Source of the DNA: Flectonema sp. DT1601
Lineage: Eukaryota
Assembly (NCBI GenBank): GCA_964019425.1
Contig: OZ025784.1
Location: forward strand, 1,364,001-1,428,000
Direction: 5' to 3'
Length of the DNA: 64,000 nucleotides
The notes beneath the pieces were generated by a model. It had not been told where the DNA came from and searched no databases. It worked only from the letters and a program-made list of their open reading frames with translations. Positions 22,039 to 34,545 of this stretch are shown here, one piece after another. Each line of letters begins with the position of its first letter. The stretch's first letter is position 1. A program made the position numbers and the translations under genes.

Positions 22039-22225
22039 ACCTGCTTATGTTTATTTGGTTTATTTATTTATTTATTTTTTTTTTGCCGCATCGATGAATA
22101 TTTTGTTTTCTTTTTTGTTATCACCGCAGCTCTCACTTTGTCCTGATTTTTCAATTACCGGGCAATTTTTTTTTTTGTTGTTGATTTTCGAGAATAGCTT
22201 GTATCACTCATTTCGTCCCCCCTCC

Positions 22226-22316
22226 AGTCACTGTATCTCAGAACTAATGTTAAATTATCGTTATGTTGTTTATGATACAATACATTTGTATTTTACGTAC
22301 AAACTCGAACAGTTAA
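22226..22316. mobile_element. 91-bp dispersed element, copy 1, with 9-bp target-site duplication CCCCCCTCC
   Basis: Near-identical to 43717..43810. cccccctcc occurs at 22217..22225 and 22317..22325. Confidence 0.85.
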
Positions 22317-22530
22317 CCCCCCTCCATATCCACAAATCTCAACTCAAGTTTCAAAAACTGCCGCCCAGTGAGTTTGTTGTTGCTTTTTATTAGTTTTTTT
22401 TTTTACTAATTAATTTATTTTAGGGTAAAGCAATCGGCATACCCATCACCGGATGTACTTAAAAAATAAAATAAAAAAATAAAATTAAATGAAGAACTGT
22501 AATAATAGTGAAAAAGATTTATCATAAGAA

Positions 22531-25500
22531 ATGGGAGGACAAACGTATGGTCAGGAACAGGTCGATGCCTTAACCGAACTTAATAATTATATGCCATTGG
22601 TAGCGAGGGATATTTCAAATGAAGAAGTAAATGCAATGAGAAGTCATGCGAGAAGACTGCTTCACCTAATGCAGTTTGTATCCGACCCAGAACTTATGGA
22701 AAAAGTAATACAACAAGTATCTGACGTTGGTGTTGTTAAACCAACAGCCTTAGCAGAAGGTTGGGTTGGGTTTATCGACTATATCATAACATGGTATATA
22801 TCACCAAAAACATCAAAGGCTACCATCAGAGCTCTCGATTGTTGCATTTCTCGTCTATCAGCCAACTTCAACTTAATGACTGAACACAGTGCTAACTTAA
22901 TAGTAAGACTTTGTCATTCTCTGTCGGCTATTACACGTGAGGTTATGGGTCTTCCGTTGCCTGCAAAGAGAGAACTTTATATCACAAAACAACACAAATA
23001 CTCTAATGCTGTGGTATTCCCACAATTTACATATAACGACCTCCCTGTTGGTCATAAAGACTTAGAAAGATTACATTCTGAAAGTAGTGATGTCGGCACC
23101 AACTGCAACCATCAGCTCCAACTAGCACTTCGGATAATGTCAGCTGTTAGTGTGGTACAACAAGCTGTTGGTAACTTTACAGTTGAGCAATTACAGGTAA
23201 TAGTACCGAAACTGTTACCTTCTCTTAGCCAATTAATATCCTTACTGAATGGAAGCAAGTTGTTTTGCACCTTATCAATCAGTTGTGTCTACAACAGCTA
23301 CATTCAGATGAGGAGGAACCCATCTGCTGTATTGTCGTTCAGCCCTTTGGTTAGCGATTTTTGTAATTCTCTTATGCAGTGTGGACCAGACTTATCGAAT
23401 ACTGCTACTAGTGAGTTGCTTCACATTGTCAGGGGTCTTGTTGAATCTATTTCTAATGTAAGTTTTGAATTATCTAAACTTTTCGACGGTATTGAAAATC
23501 TAGTTAGATCGATTCCTGCCCAAGACGTTTTTCTTGCCGAGCAGTATTCACAGATGCTCACTGATTCATTAAAATTTTTATATCAACAACAATCACCTGA
23601 TGGAAACGCAGTTGTTACAGATATCGTTGAGAGGTTGGTATCTCTATCAAAAGACACGAAGAAATATCGAGCAACTCATATGAGGCTAATGACTTTTTAT
23701 ATAAATATTTTAGTGTCTGTCTTGCAATGCAATGATGGAAGTAATTCTATGTTATATTTTTATTTACTGTCGACTGTTCCATCGTGGGCATGCGTCATTC
23801 CTGCGACTGGACTCTCTGGAGTCCAACTACTAAAGGCCGTTGTACTAATAAAATGGGAAGCATCCCCTGCGAACCCATTATCTCACGCAGTTCAGGTCAT
23901 TGAGAGTATCGCTATAATAAGTGAAGTCAGAATGAAACTTATGGACGAACGTTGCAAGTCGGACATCAGCAGTCAACTAAAAACATATGAAATGATGTGG
24001 ATAAAAAAAGCTGTAATAATGGCAACACATGCAGGAACTGCATCTGGTCAAATATTAACCGAGAGTCTTTGGAAACTAATGGCGAGTTGTTTAAAAGATG
24101 AGAAAGGACAAGTTCGTCACGAAGCATTGCTTTGCATAGAAGCAGCGCTTGCAATATCAAAACGAGTTGGTTTGGGTGTTCATGCTGATAGTTGCAGTCA
24201 AACAGTAAAAGAAATGTGTACTGATATCGATCCTGCTGTTAAGACTCTTGCTTTTGAAGTTTTTTGTAAATTATCTGATTATTTTCCAAAGAGCTCTGGG
24301 TCAAGTGTCAATACCAACAGGTTTATATCCACTGCTGGTTCTCTTACAATGCATCCGATACGACCAAGACAATTCTCGCTACTAATTCAAACAATGGCCG
24401 GAAGGTCATCCGATTATAGAAATGAAGAAACACTCCGAAGAATAGTCGCAGAACTGTTCACTTTATCCCGAAGTCTAGACCAACAACCCAAGAACAGCCT
24501 TGATATGAAAACCTGCGTCACTTCTGCTGCTGTAAGATTCTGTGTAGTTGAGAAACTAAAAACATCTCTTGGTAATCCTGCACAGACTTTTGAAGCGTTG
24601 GAAAAATTATTAAAATCGATTGGAACTCGATCTCTAATGATTGAAGAAAACTACACCTTAATGAATCAAGAAGGTGCGCAGTTATTAAAATTAAAAGAAC
24701 AATCAGACAGGTGGAAATATGAACCTCACCTGTCATCTAATTTAGTACTACTACTGCTGAGTGAACTAGAAAAATGGATTCATCTGGTTCAAGAAGGGTA
24801 CATCATGGAGACTGAGAGACATCAACCAGTCTGGTCAAACCAATCAACGATGTTCTTTCACATCAACAAAAAGGTTTGTGATGACTACTACAGTAGAATA
24901 AGAATTCAACAAGTGGCTGCTGGTGACGCTGTTAACAACCCAGCCTTTGATTCAATGCTGGTCAGGTCTTGTCATCTTCGTCTTTTAGAGATGTTAAAAT
25001 ACGTATCGAGTTCTGGGGTTCAAAAGGAAGTTAGAATTCGAGTTTTTTTCGAAATGGAAAAAGTACTTCTCTCCAACTGCACAGTTCACGTCAGGAGACA
25101 CCAGGACAGTGAAATCTACGGACTCATGAAATGGGCTGAAAAATTAGTTCAGAATCACATTCCTGAGCAACAGTTGTGTGGAAACTTATTATGGAAAGCC
25201 CTACAGGGAATGACACTTCACGCATCAGCTCGTTATGAGGAAGCCTCTTCTTGTTATGAATCAGTTTTTATGGAGGGAGCTGTAGAACATTGTCAACTAA
25301 CTTTCATAAGACTTGTTTCACATCATTTTATTGATTGTTGTACCAGGAGTATGAGATGGGATGTGTTAGACAGATGGACTCACGAACTCAAGAAGTCATC
25401 AAAGACACTAAAGGAAGGAGATCGTAAGCTTCAATTCATCAACGATGAGATTATATCAACTTGTGATAACCATTCAGGTGTTGGTTGTACTTCTACAGCA

Positions 25501-28500
25501 CTCGGATTGGAATATGCGCATGCCTTAAGTGAATGGGAATCCGGTACATCTGATACCTGCACTTCCATAATCTCAAAGTGTGATGACAAAGTTTCAAAAC
25601 TTCTGTTAAACTCTTCTCGTAATTCCTTTCATAGTTTCGTACCGTCTATTCAGCCAGAGCTTTTTGCGAGAATTAGAATTATGCGACTCCTCGTTGAACC
25701 CACTGACATCAGACAACAACTACAAGAAACTACATCAATTCACATGCAACTACTACAATACGTTATGGAATCAGAGGCAACAGAAGAAGGTTTGATGTTG
25801 GGAAGGATTCTCAGTCTCTTACAAGTGAAGGGTGACATTCCGAACCAATCTCGAAAATTTTGCGAAGCAACCCTCTTACTCGGACACAAAATCGACCGAT
25901 CAGGATTGTACGCAGCCACTACTAATGATTTACAATGGTCAAGAGCTTACTGCGCATCTCTATATCAGGCTGCAGAGACAGCGAGGAGTAGCAGCAACAG
26001 GTCGTTGGCATCAAAGCTCCTTTCTCGTCTGCTATCTGAATCAACAAGAGATAGATACCTACGGGAGTGGGCAGAGAGAGGAACTTATGAAATTAATGTT
26101 CTTAAAACAGAAAGTTCTGATCCACAAGAAGTCCGCCTTGGAATCCGCGCTCTTGCGAAAGCTGGTAAAGAAGGAGGTTTAACTTCGTGTAAATCTTTAG
26201 TAAAAATACATCAAATCAGCGAAGATGAAGAAACCATGCCAGCTGTAGCTGACACTATGAAGGTTCATGCTTCTCAAGTAACTTCATTAGTTATGAGAAC
26301 ACTCATAGAACAATGTCCAACGAAAAAAGAAGCAGTCTCAAAGTATGCAGAGTGGTGTGCGAAAACTGCCGGATCCGGGACTCGATCCGAAGCATTCTGG
26401 TCTCAAGCGATAACAGCACACGTAAACGCATTAAGCTTACCAACAACAAAAGATGATGAACCTCTCGTTGATATGAAATTAGCTCTCAGAGTATTGAAAC
26501 TCCTCCTTCGAGGGGTCAGCGCTGGCTTTCTAATCGACGAGAACACGGTCGCTGTGATAGCCAAGACACCAATACGAGTATGGCAGCATATCATACCGCA
26601 ATTGATGGCTCACCTGACCCTATCAACACCAGCTATGCACTCAGCTGTAAAACAAGTTCTTCAAAGAATTGGTACTGAACCTTTACTACTGTTATATCCT
26701 CTCATTGCTGCACTCGGAACGAGTACTGGACCTAGTAAATTAGTTTTTCAGGAATTATGGTCGTCAGCAGCTGTTGGAGATGCCACCACAATATTTTCAG
26801 CGACAAAGGAATTCGTATCAGAGTTGGTTAGAATTACTGAACTGTTGGATGAAGAAACTGCTTCTGTGATCAGTGGGTTGACACAATCACTGTCGAAGAC
26901 TCTTTCAGTTTTTAAGAACTTTGTACGAAGTAAGTTAGGTTCTGGAAATAGCAGCAAATTCAACCTTTTGAAGAAGCAAAAGTTTGAAGCATTACTACAA
27001 CCCTTGGTACAAGTTCTTGAGAAACATATTGAGAAGCTTACTAGAGAACCCTCGTGTTTACAAGAAAATGAATTTCAATCCGAGGCATTACCGAAACTTC
27101 AAAAACTGCTATTCGAAATTAAACACAACACAATAGTTGATACTGAAGGTCGTACTGTTGATGCTGCTGTTGAAGAAGCTCATTCACACCTGTTGTCAAT
27201 GTTTTCTGCTTTGTATAAAAGTCTTAATGACAATGAAAGAAGACCTCACGTTCTATCCCTACCAGACATCTCACCGAAGTTATCAGGTTTAAACAATACA
27301 GAAATACCTGTTCCCGGAACTATGGATTTGGTCACAATCGCTATGTTGGAATTACCCATTGAGATTGTTCCGTCAAAAACGAGGCCAAAGAAATTACAAT
27401 TGTGGGGATCTGATGGATGCAGATACACTTTCTTATTAAAAGGAAAAGAAGATCTCTCTCTAGACGAAAGAGTTATGCAAGTCCTACGAACCATAACGGT
27501 GTTGTTAGGAGCGAGTAAGGCAGGTCGTCAGAAGAATTTATCTGCGAGGTCATACGCTGTGGTTCCCCTTAGTGATCGTTCAGGAATTATTCGGTTCGTT
27601 GAAAATGTACAACCAATCTTTCACATTCATCGACAATGGATGAAACGAAAAGTATACCTAGAATGCATTCAGAAGAATAAAAAACCTCAAAAAAGTAGTT
27701 TCAGACCAATTCATCATTTTTTTATACAACTTCTACCGGCACTTAAAGAAGTTGGGATCAGTAACGTTGGAACTCGTGAGGATTGGCCAACTGATGTCTT
27801 AACCAGAGTATTTAATAAATTATCATCAGAAGTACCAAAAGACTTATTAACTAAAGAATTATGGTGTAGAGGTCTCTCTTCATTAGCAACAGCACCAGCA
27901 GAGTGTGGTATGTCTGATTGGCTTCACAGAGTAAAGACATACAGCTCTTCATTGGCTGTGATGTCAGTCGTTGGTTACATTATTGGATTGGGTGATCGTC
28001 ACCTTGATAATATTTTGATGGATCTCGATTCTGGAGAGATCGTACACATCGACTATAATATTTGTTTTGAGAAAGGTCTGCAACTCAGGGTTCCTGAAGT
28101 AGTTCCATTTCGACTAACACCAGTCCTCCACAATGCACTTGGTATTCAAGGAACAGATGGTACCTTCAGCCATGTTTGTGAAGATACTCTTTCAGTTCTT
28201 AGAAGCAGCAAAGATGTCCTTCTTGACTTGTTAGAAGCGTTTGTTCATGATCCACTCGTAGAATGGACTGCAAAGAGAATTTGCGATCCTGCGACTGACG
28301 GAATGGAAGTAAAAGTGTCTCTTGGAGTGCTCAGTACTCATTTAGATGAGACTCTTCCAGAGCTGTCAGACACCTGGTCGAAATGCAGTTCAGCTATGAT
28401 TGTGTTAGCTAACGCTGTTGAAGAATTACGAGCCTCGAGATATACGGAAGTTGTTACTACTATTAGAGAGAAGAAACTATCTTCTTCTTGTATCACTATT

Positions 28501-31500
28501 GATATCTTAAAAATTCAACAAGAAATTAGTGACATTGAAAGCGGTAAGTTAACGGAAGATGATCTGGAAAAGTATGTTACCAATTTTTTTTTTTATTTTT
28601 TTTATAAATATGAAAAAAAGAAAAAAAACATACAAGTCAATAATAATAAAAAAACAAAACAGAGCTTTTGATGACTTCAATGCAACCAGATCTGACTTGA
28701 AAGATAAATTACAACAATTTGAAAAAATACAGGTATCGTACAGTATTGTATTTATTACTTCACTTTATCATCATCAAATAAAAATAAACAAACAGTTTGA
28801 CTGCGAAGAAGCTCACAGTATTGTGTCTGCTAATAGGTCATTGCTGATCCTTCCTACTGACCCAACACAAGAAGGCGATATGAATATCGCTGTGCGATTG
28901 TCAGAAGAATCGGACAGAGCTGTATGTATACTTTTAAATGAAATTACCGATACCAATAATAATTAAAAAAAAAAAAAAAAAAAAATCAGGAATGGAGCGA
29001 ACAATCTCAAGGAGCTGTTCTTCAGCTCCAAAATCAAGAACTTCGTCTACCCAGCAGTGTGAATAATCACCGACAACAGGTTTGTTGTTAATTTTTTTCA
29101 TTTTTTTTTTAGTTTTTTTTAATAAACATGAAAAAAAAAAAAAAAAAAACCAGGCATCTCTCCTTGCTGATCATCTTGCTAAATGGGCCGATGCTATTGA
29201 AGGATTAGAGATAGCGAATTCATCTCATAATTTAGTCTACTCAGAGAATAATTATTGTAACATATGGGTGTCTACCTATAGGAAGTTATTGCAAGGTATG
29301 GTTTCCTATTTTTGGTGACTCTTGTCGTGTGGTTTTGTTAAACGAAAAAAAAAAAAAAAAAATATAACAAAACAGCTAAAGAATCATTCACACAAGATGG
29401 TTCTTTAATGAAGTCATCCTATGAGGAGTATGAGTCTGCTGCCGCTGAACAGATTCAGAACTTAACTTTATTGAATGCTGCGACTTCTGACCAGCCGCAA
29501 TATCAAAAACAAATTGCACCTTATCACTTATTCGGAGGATCGTTAGATAAGACTCAAGAGCTAGCCACCGATCTCATGAGTGCTTTTTTCCCTCTCCAAA
29601 AGGAGTTAGAGATAATGGAAAGCAGGGATGATATTCCGGATATGGATGGTCAAGTTCAAGCCCTGTCAGCGGCAGTTTCTGGTTGTATGCAACCGAAATT
29701 ACTAACCCTACATGCTGCATCAACTGTCCTGAGTGATATCGATGTTGAGGTGAGAACTTTATTGAATTCTATTGCGTCGTCTAAGAAGGTTCACTCGTGG
29801 GAAAAGTCGATGTCTCTTCCTGAAATGGAAGAACTCGATGACCCGAATCTATTCTTACATTCAAAATGGGAAATTTTTACTCTTTTTAGAAAAGCTGTTT
29901 TGATTCCTGTTTTCATTGCTGAATGGGCCTCTCCCTCAATGGGTCAACTTAAAGCTGCGGTAAAAGACAAATTAGAAAGTTGCCAAGTTCTCCACACAGC
30001 TATCACTGCCATAGAAAAACTACTACTGAACTTCAGTGGAAATTTATTTAATGAAATTGGAAAGGCGTTTTTGATACAAGATGAGTCTGTTTTAAAAGAA
30101 TTCGAGCATCATAAAAACACAGGCAGTTGTGGGTCTTCTGTTGAGTACAGCATGGGAGTTGTATTGTTAGAGGCAATCGAATCGTTGATTTTAGAATTCA
30201 ACACAGCCATTGTAAGAATTTTAGACCATTTTCCTCAACCAGACGATTCTAGAACGTCATTCGTGTCTTCTGAACGAACTGAATGTGTAAAACAAATAGT
30301 TAGTGAGGTATTGAAGTATTCAAAAGAAGGATGTCCTTCTCTATTTAGAAAGCACATGCTTCATAGAAGAACACTCGGAGTTATAAGGACAATGTTGTCA
30401 TCTGTTTTAGAAGTCGTATTGCTTGACGTGGCAGGTACGGAACTATCGGAGCTGCTTGGGATTATTATTAAAGAATTAGCTTTACATGGAAGTACAGTTG
30501 CTGGAAAATTACATCCGTCGTGTATCCGACCTCAACACGCTGGGTTAAAAGCTCAGCTTCAGGATCTCATCAAAGGAGTTTGTGAACAGATTGGTTCACC
30601 GCAATTACACCAACAACTTCAAAATGGAAGATCAACATTGTCATCTTGCTGTTTGTCTGTTATTAGCAGAAGTTCACTTGTATTCTCACATTCATTAAAA
30701 GAACAGTTTAAGTCAACGGGGTACTATCAACAGTTGAGAATTGATATAAAGATTGGAATTTTAAATTATAAATGGTTGTTAGAACCAGTTTTAAAGCTTC
30801 CGTCTCTTCATCAAACTACTGCAGTTGGAACAGATGCGATGCTGATGGTGGCTGCGTCTGATCGAAAACAGCTGATTGATGATATTGAGTCTCAGTATTT
30901 GCAATACAGAAACAGCATTGATGATTTGAAGAGTAGGATTGTACAGATTCATCAAACGGAAGATTCCATTTCGGAGACCCTTCTCAATCCTGAGATCCAG
31001 CGTCTTATTAAAGTTCGGAAAACTGGATTTGCAGACGCTCTGACCCACTACGATCAATTGTGTCAGTTTGCTAAGAAATTGGTGTTCTTGGAAGTTCTTA
31101 GGAATTTATCGACACAAAATGAAGTTGTTCACAAAAGATTAATTTCTGATTGCGAACGATCTCTCTCTCATCTTAAAGCTCTCACCCGCACTGTCGTTGC
31201 TGTTTCACACAAAACTGAACGAACAGCTGACCTACACAGAAAGATTCATACTTTAAGAGAGAAAGACAATGCAATTACAGAAGAGGTCGTCTCTCTTCAG
31301 GAATTATTAAATGCTCTTCAAAGGAAATCTTCAGCGGCAACAAGCGGAGCATACGCCGAAGTAATAGGAAATAAAAGTAAATATTGTCAACTACTAAAAC
31401 ACACTGATGGCTTACTGACTGGTGTAGTGAAAACTTTATCTCAATTCCCGGCATTGAGGAGGCTTCATCAAAGGGTTAAAGGATTAGTTGAGGCAGTTGG

Positions 31501-32020
31501 AATATTATCAAAACAATTTAGGGTTTGGTGTGCTGTCTTTGACAGAGTATTAGGACCAGAAGCTGTTGTTTACGATGATTTTAATGAACAAATTGAATTC
31601 AAAGAAGAAAACACAACAGAAAGTATAGCTGAACTCGACAGCAAACACTCAGACATTATTGGACAGCTTGAGGACCTTATTCAGCTTGCTTCCACTGATG
31701 ATCAAATCGATGTTGAAGAAGACGACAACGAAGATTTCGAAGAAGGTGAAACACAACAAAACCACCATGCCTTAAACATCCTTCGTCGTGTAGAACTTAA
31801 ATTAGATGGAAAGGATAACGGAAACACTAAAGGAAGAACAAAACTGCAACAAACAGCAGCTAACCATTCATCTAATGTCTCTAACGCCTCTCCTACTCAC
31901 GATTTGAGTATCGTAGCAACTCCTCTTCTTGTATCTGAGCAGGTCTCCAGGATTATTAACGAAGCTGTGTCTCCATCAAACCTTATTCATATGTATGAGG
32001 GATGGACAGCGTGGATATGA
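22531..32020 (+). CDS. SMG1: SMG1-type PIKK kinase (~3037 aa); exons 22531-28571, 28663-28732, 28796-28921, 28990-29079, 29154-29295, 29376-32020
   Basis: SKTRPKKL..GSDG..YTFLLKGKEDLSLDERVMQ; IGLGDRHLDNIL...HIDYNICFEKGLQLRVPEVVPFRLT; long post-kinase insertion; FATC MYEGWTAWI. Five GT-AG introns give a 9114-nt in-frame CDS. Confidence 0.9.
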
Positions 32021-32415
32021 TTGGTTACGTCTTTTTGCAAAAAAAAAAAAAAAAAATGAACAAAATTTTAATTTTGTTGCAAACATGTTCGGAAGTCATG
32101 TTCACAACAAAAAAAAAAAAAAAAAAAAAAGGTAACAACAAAAATGCGAGGATTTTTTTTTTACTTAAAAAAAAAAAAAAAAAAGAATTCATGACTGAAA
32201 TTTGAAAGAAAGAAATATCGCGATTTCTAGAACAAAACAAAAAACAACAACAACAACAACAACCAAGACGCGCAACAATATACTTCCCTCAGGTGTTCAC
32301 ACACAATATGGATATGGACAGTTATACAGAATCATGTTTTTTTTTTTTTTTTTTTCCCTTTTCCCCATTCTTTAAATGTTATTTCTTCTCTTCCAGACAG
32401 AGTCGTGTCATCGAC

Positions 32416-34545
32416 ATGGTCTCTGCGATAGCTAATCAACATGTTGGAGTGAGTGCTGTTCCTGTCCAGATGCCAACAGCTATGCGTAATTCAGCCCTCA
32501 TTGGCGAACAGTGCTTAGCGACAACGGCAACGATTGGATCATCTGAAGGAAGCATCGCCAGCACGTTGGGAACTTCGTCAGAAGGCCTCGATGATAAAGT
32601 ATTGTTAATATGTGATCCTGCGACAAAACAAAAAATATCAATCCCTTTTGGATTGACAGAACAGACATCAGGGAGAGTATTATATTTTCAAAATTTGGCA
32701 AACCCAACAAGAAGGGAATCGCATGTGTGCATGCTTTATCAAAAAGGAAAATGCAGGTCGAACGTTAGATGTAACCAAGTCCATGTTGACAGGGGTCATA
32801 TTGCGAGACTTAGAGCTTTTTATTTTGAATTAAATATTCAAAAGAACAAACCTCCTGATAACTCTCATAAGAAATCGTTAGAACTGGTTGTTCAAGATCC
32901 TAAATCTCCTTTATTAAAATTAGTTATTCCTTATTCAAAGACTGAAGACACAACTGGAAGAGATGAATTCTTAATTTCGAGTAAGTCCGGCACACAGACG
33001 AGAGATTTCTCTCTTTGTGCTGATCACCTGAATAAAATAAGTTGCAAGAAGGGAACTAATTGTAAATTTATTCACGCCAATCTGGACCTATTATCCAACG
33101 TGCAGGATGTTGACAGCCCGTGTTGTCAATATCATGGTGAGATACAAAGTGATGTAATTGTAAGTGATACGGTTCAGTTGGTTATGATTAATAAAGTTTC
33201 TCAAAGATGTAAACTTCCAAGAGAACGAATCGGAACTACTTCAGGTCTTCGTGAGATAGTCGCAACTAACCCATCATCTCAATCAACTATTGTCTTTTGT
33301 AGTAATCGAGTTTGTCGTCTTCATCAAGAAAAGAGATGTCATCACGGAGTTGGTTGCAGTAATCTTCACGTCTGCAGAACTGCGTATGCTCTTCTTGTGA
33401 ATGCAACAGTTCCGTCAGATGTTAGGATCTCAAATAAACTAACAACAGTACCACTCTCTGGTATTCTTGATAGTGTTGTTACTGCTCCAATTCAGACAAC
33501 TTTTCCACCTCCAGATGTGTACTCGAATATAACAACTGTTCAGTCTGCTGATCATCAGAATATTGTTCCTCACGTCGCACCAGTTGAACAAGTTCATCAT
33601 CATCACCAGCAGCTGACGTCTGTTCAGCATCAAAATTACCATCAGCAGCATCCTCCAGTTAGTAGTCAACATTTACAGTCATATCAACAGGGTGGTCATA
33701 CTGTTGGATATCAGAGTCAGCATCTTATTCATCATCATCACCATCACCATCATCATCACAATCATGATGTTGGGTATCAAGTTAATCATCAAAGTGTTCA
33801 TTCAACAGATGGATGTGTTACTGGAATGCCTCTCACACCTCCCGTAAAAGATACTTTTGGAATTCCCCTCGTCACTCGAGAGGGAAATGTTCCATCACAT
33901 CTTCTACCTCCGAGTGCAGTTGGTGCGATGAAAACAGGAGGAGCAACAGGTATTCCGCTTACTTCTGCAACAACAGGTGTTCCATTGACATCTGGTGTGT
34001 CAACACTTGCTGGTCATCATCATCATAACTTATCATCTTCTTGTAATACTTGTGGTGCTCGTGCTGGTAGTCTGGAAAGAGGTGTTCCGGTCGGTAAAAA
34101 TGCCGCGAGCATCCCGTACGCTGACTCGGAACCTTCTCAAACACCTCCCATTTCACCAAAACAATTACCATTACCGACTAGTGGTATGCTGCAGCAATGT
34201 TATTCACATCAAAAACTTCCGTTGACTCAATCGTTCTCACAACAGAATGATCCGTATCTGAATGCAGTGCCTCTGATGTCATCACAAAGTATTGTACAGG
34301 TACCGGCACCTGGATTGCCGCCAAACAGTGCAATGCTACCACATACATGGAGTGAAGTAGTCCGACAGGCTCCAACTAATAATCAGCAACATAACCATCA
34401 GAATTCTGCTTATTTCAGCAGACAACATGCTAGGGAATTCATTTTGCAGCCAGAGCTTCAGGTTCACGACTCGTTTGTCGACCCAACAAAGGCTGTTCTA
34501 ACATCGCCTTGTGTCAATCCTGCTTATATACCTCATAAGGCATAA
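32416..34545 (+). CDS. CCCH zinc-finger RNA-binding protein (euglenozoan ZC3H type) with H/Q-rich tail
   Basis: CMLYQKGKCRSNVRCNQVH, CADHLNKISCKKGTNCKFIH and CRLHQEKRCHHGVGCSNLH. The ATG follows a pyrimidine-rich AG at 32396. Confidence 0.85.
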   Translation: MVSAIANQHVGVSAVPVQMPTAMRNSALIGEQCLATTATIGSSEGSIASTLGTSSEGLDDKVLLICDPATKQKISIPFGLTEQTSGRVLYFQNLANPTRRESHVCMLYQKGKCRSNVRCNQVHVDRGHIARLRAFYFELNIQKNKPPDNSHKKSLELVVQDPKSPLLKLVIPYSKTEDTTGRDEFLISSKSGTQTRDFSLCADHLNKISCKKGTNCKFIHANLDLLSNVQDVDSPCCQYHGEIQSDVIVSDTVQLVMINKVSQRCKLPRERIGTTSGLREIVATNPSSQSTIVFCSNRVCRLHQEKRCHHGVGCSNLHVCRTAYALLVNATVPSDVRISNKLTTVPLSGILDSVVTAPIQTTFPPPDVYSNITTVQSADHQNIVPHVAPVEQVHHHHQQLTSVQHQNYHQQHPPVSSQHLQSYQQGGHTVGYQSQHLIHHHHHHHHHHNHDVGYQVNHQSVHSTDGCVTGMPLTPPVKDTFGIPLVTREGNVPSHLLPPSAVGAMKTGGATGIPLTSATTGVPLTSGVSTLAGHHHHNLSSSCNTCGARAGSLERGVPVGKNAASIPYADSEPSQTPPISPKQLPLPTSGMLQQCYSHQKLPLTQSFSQQNDPYLNAVPLMSSQSIVQVPAPGLPPNSAMLPHTWSEVVRQAPTNNQQHNHQNSAYFSRQHAREFILQPELQVHDSFVDPTKAVLTSPCVNPAYIPHKA

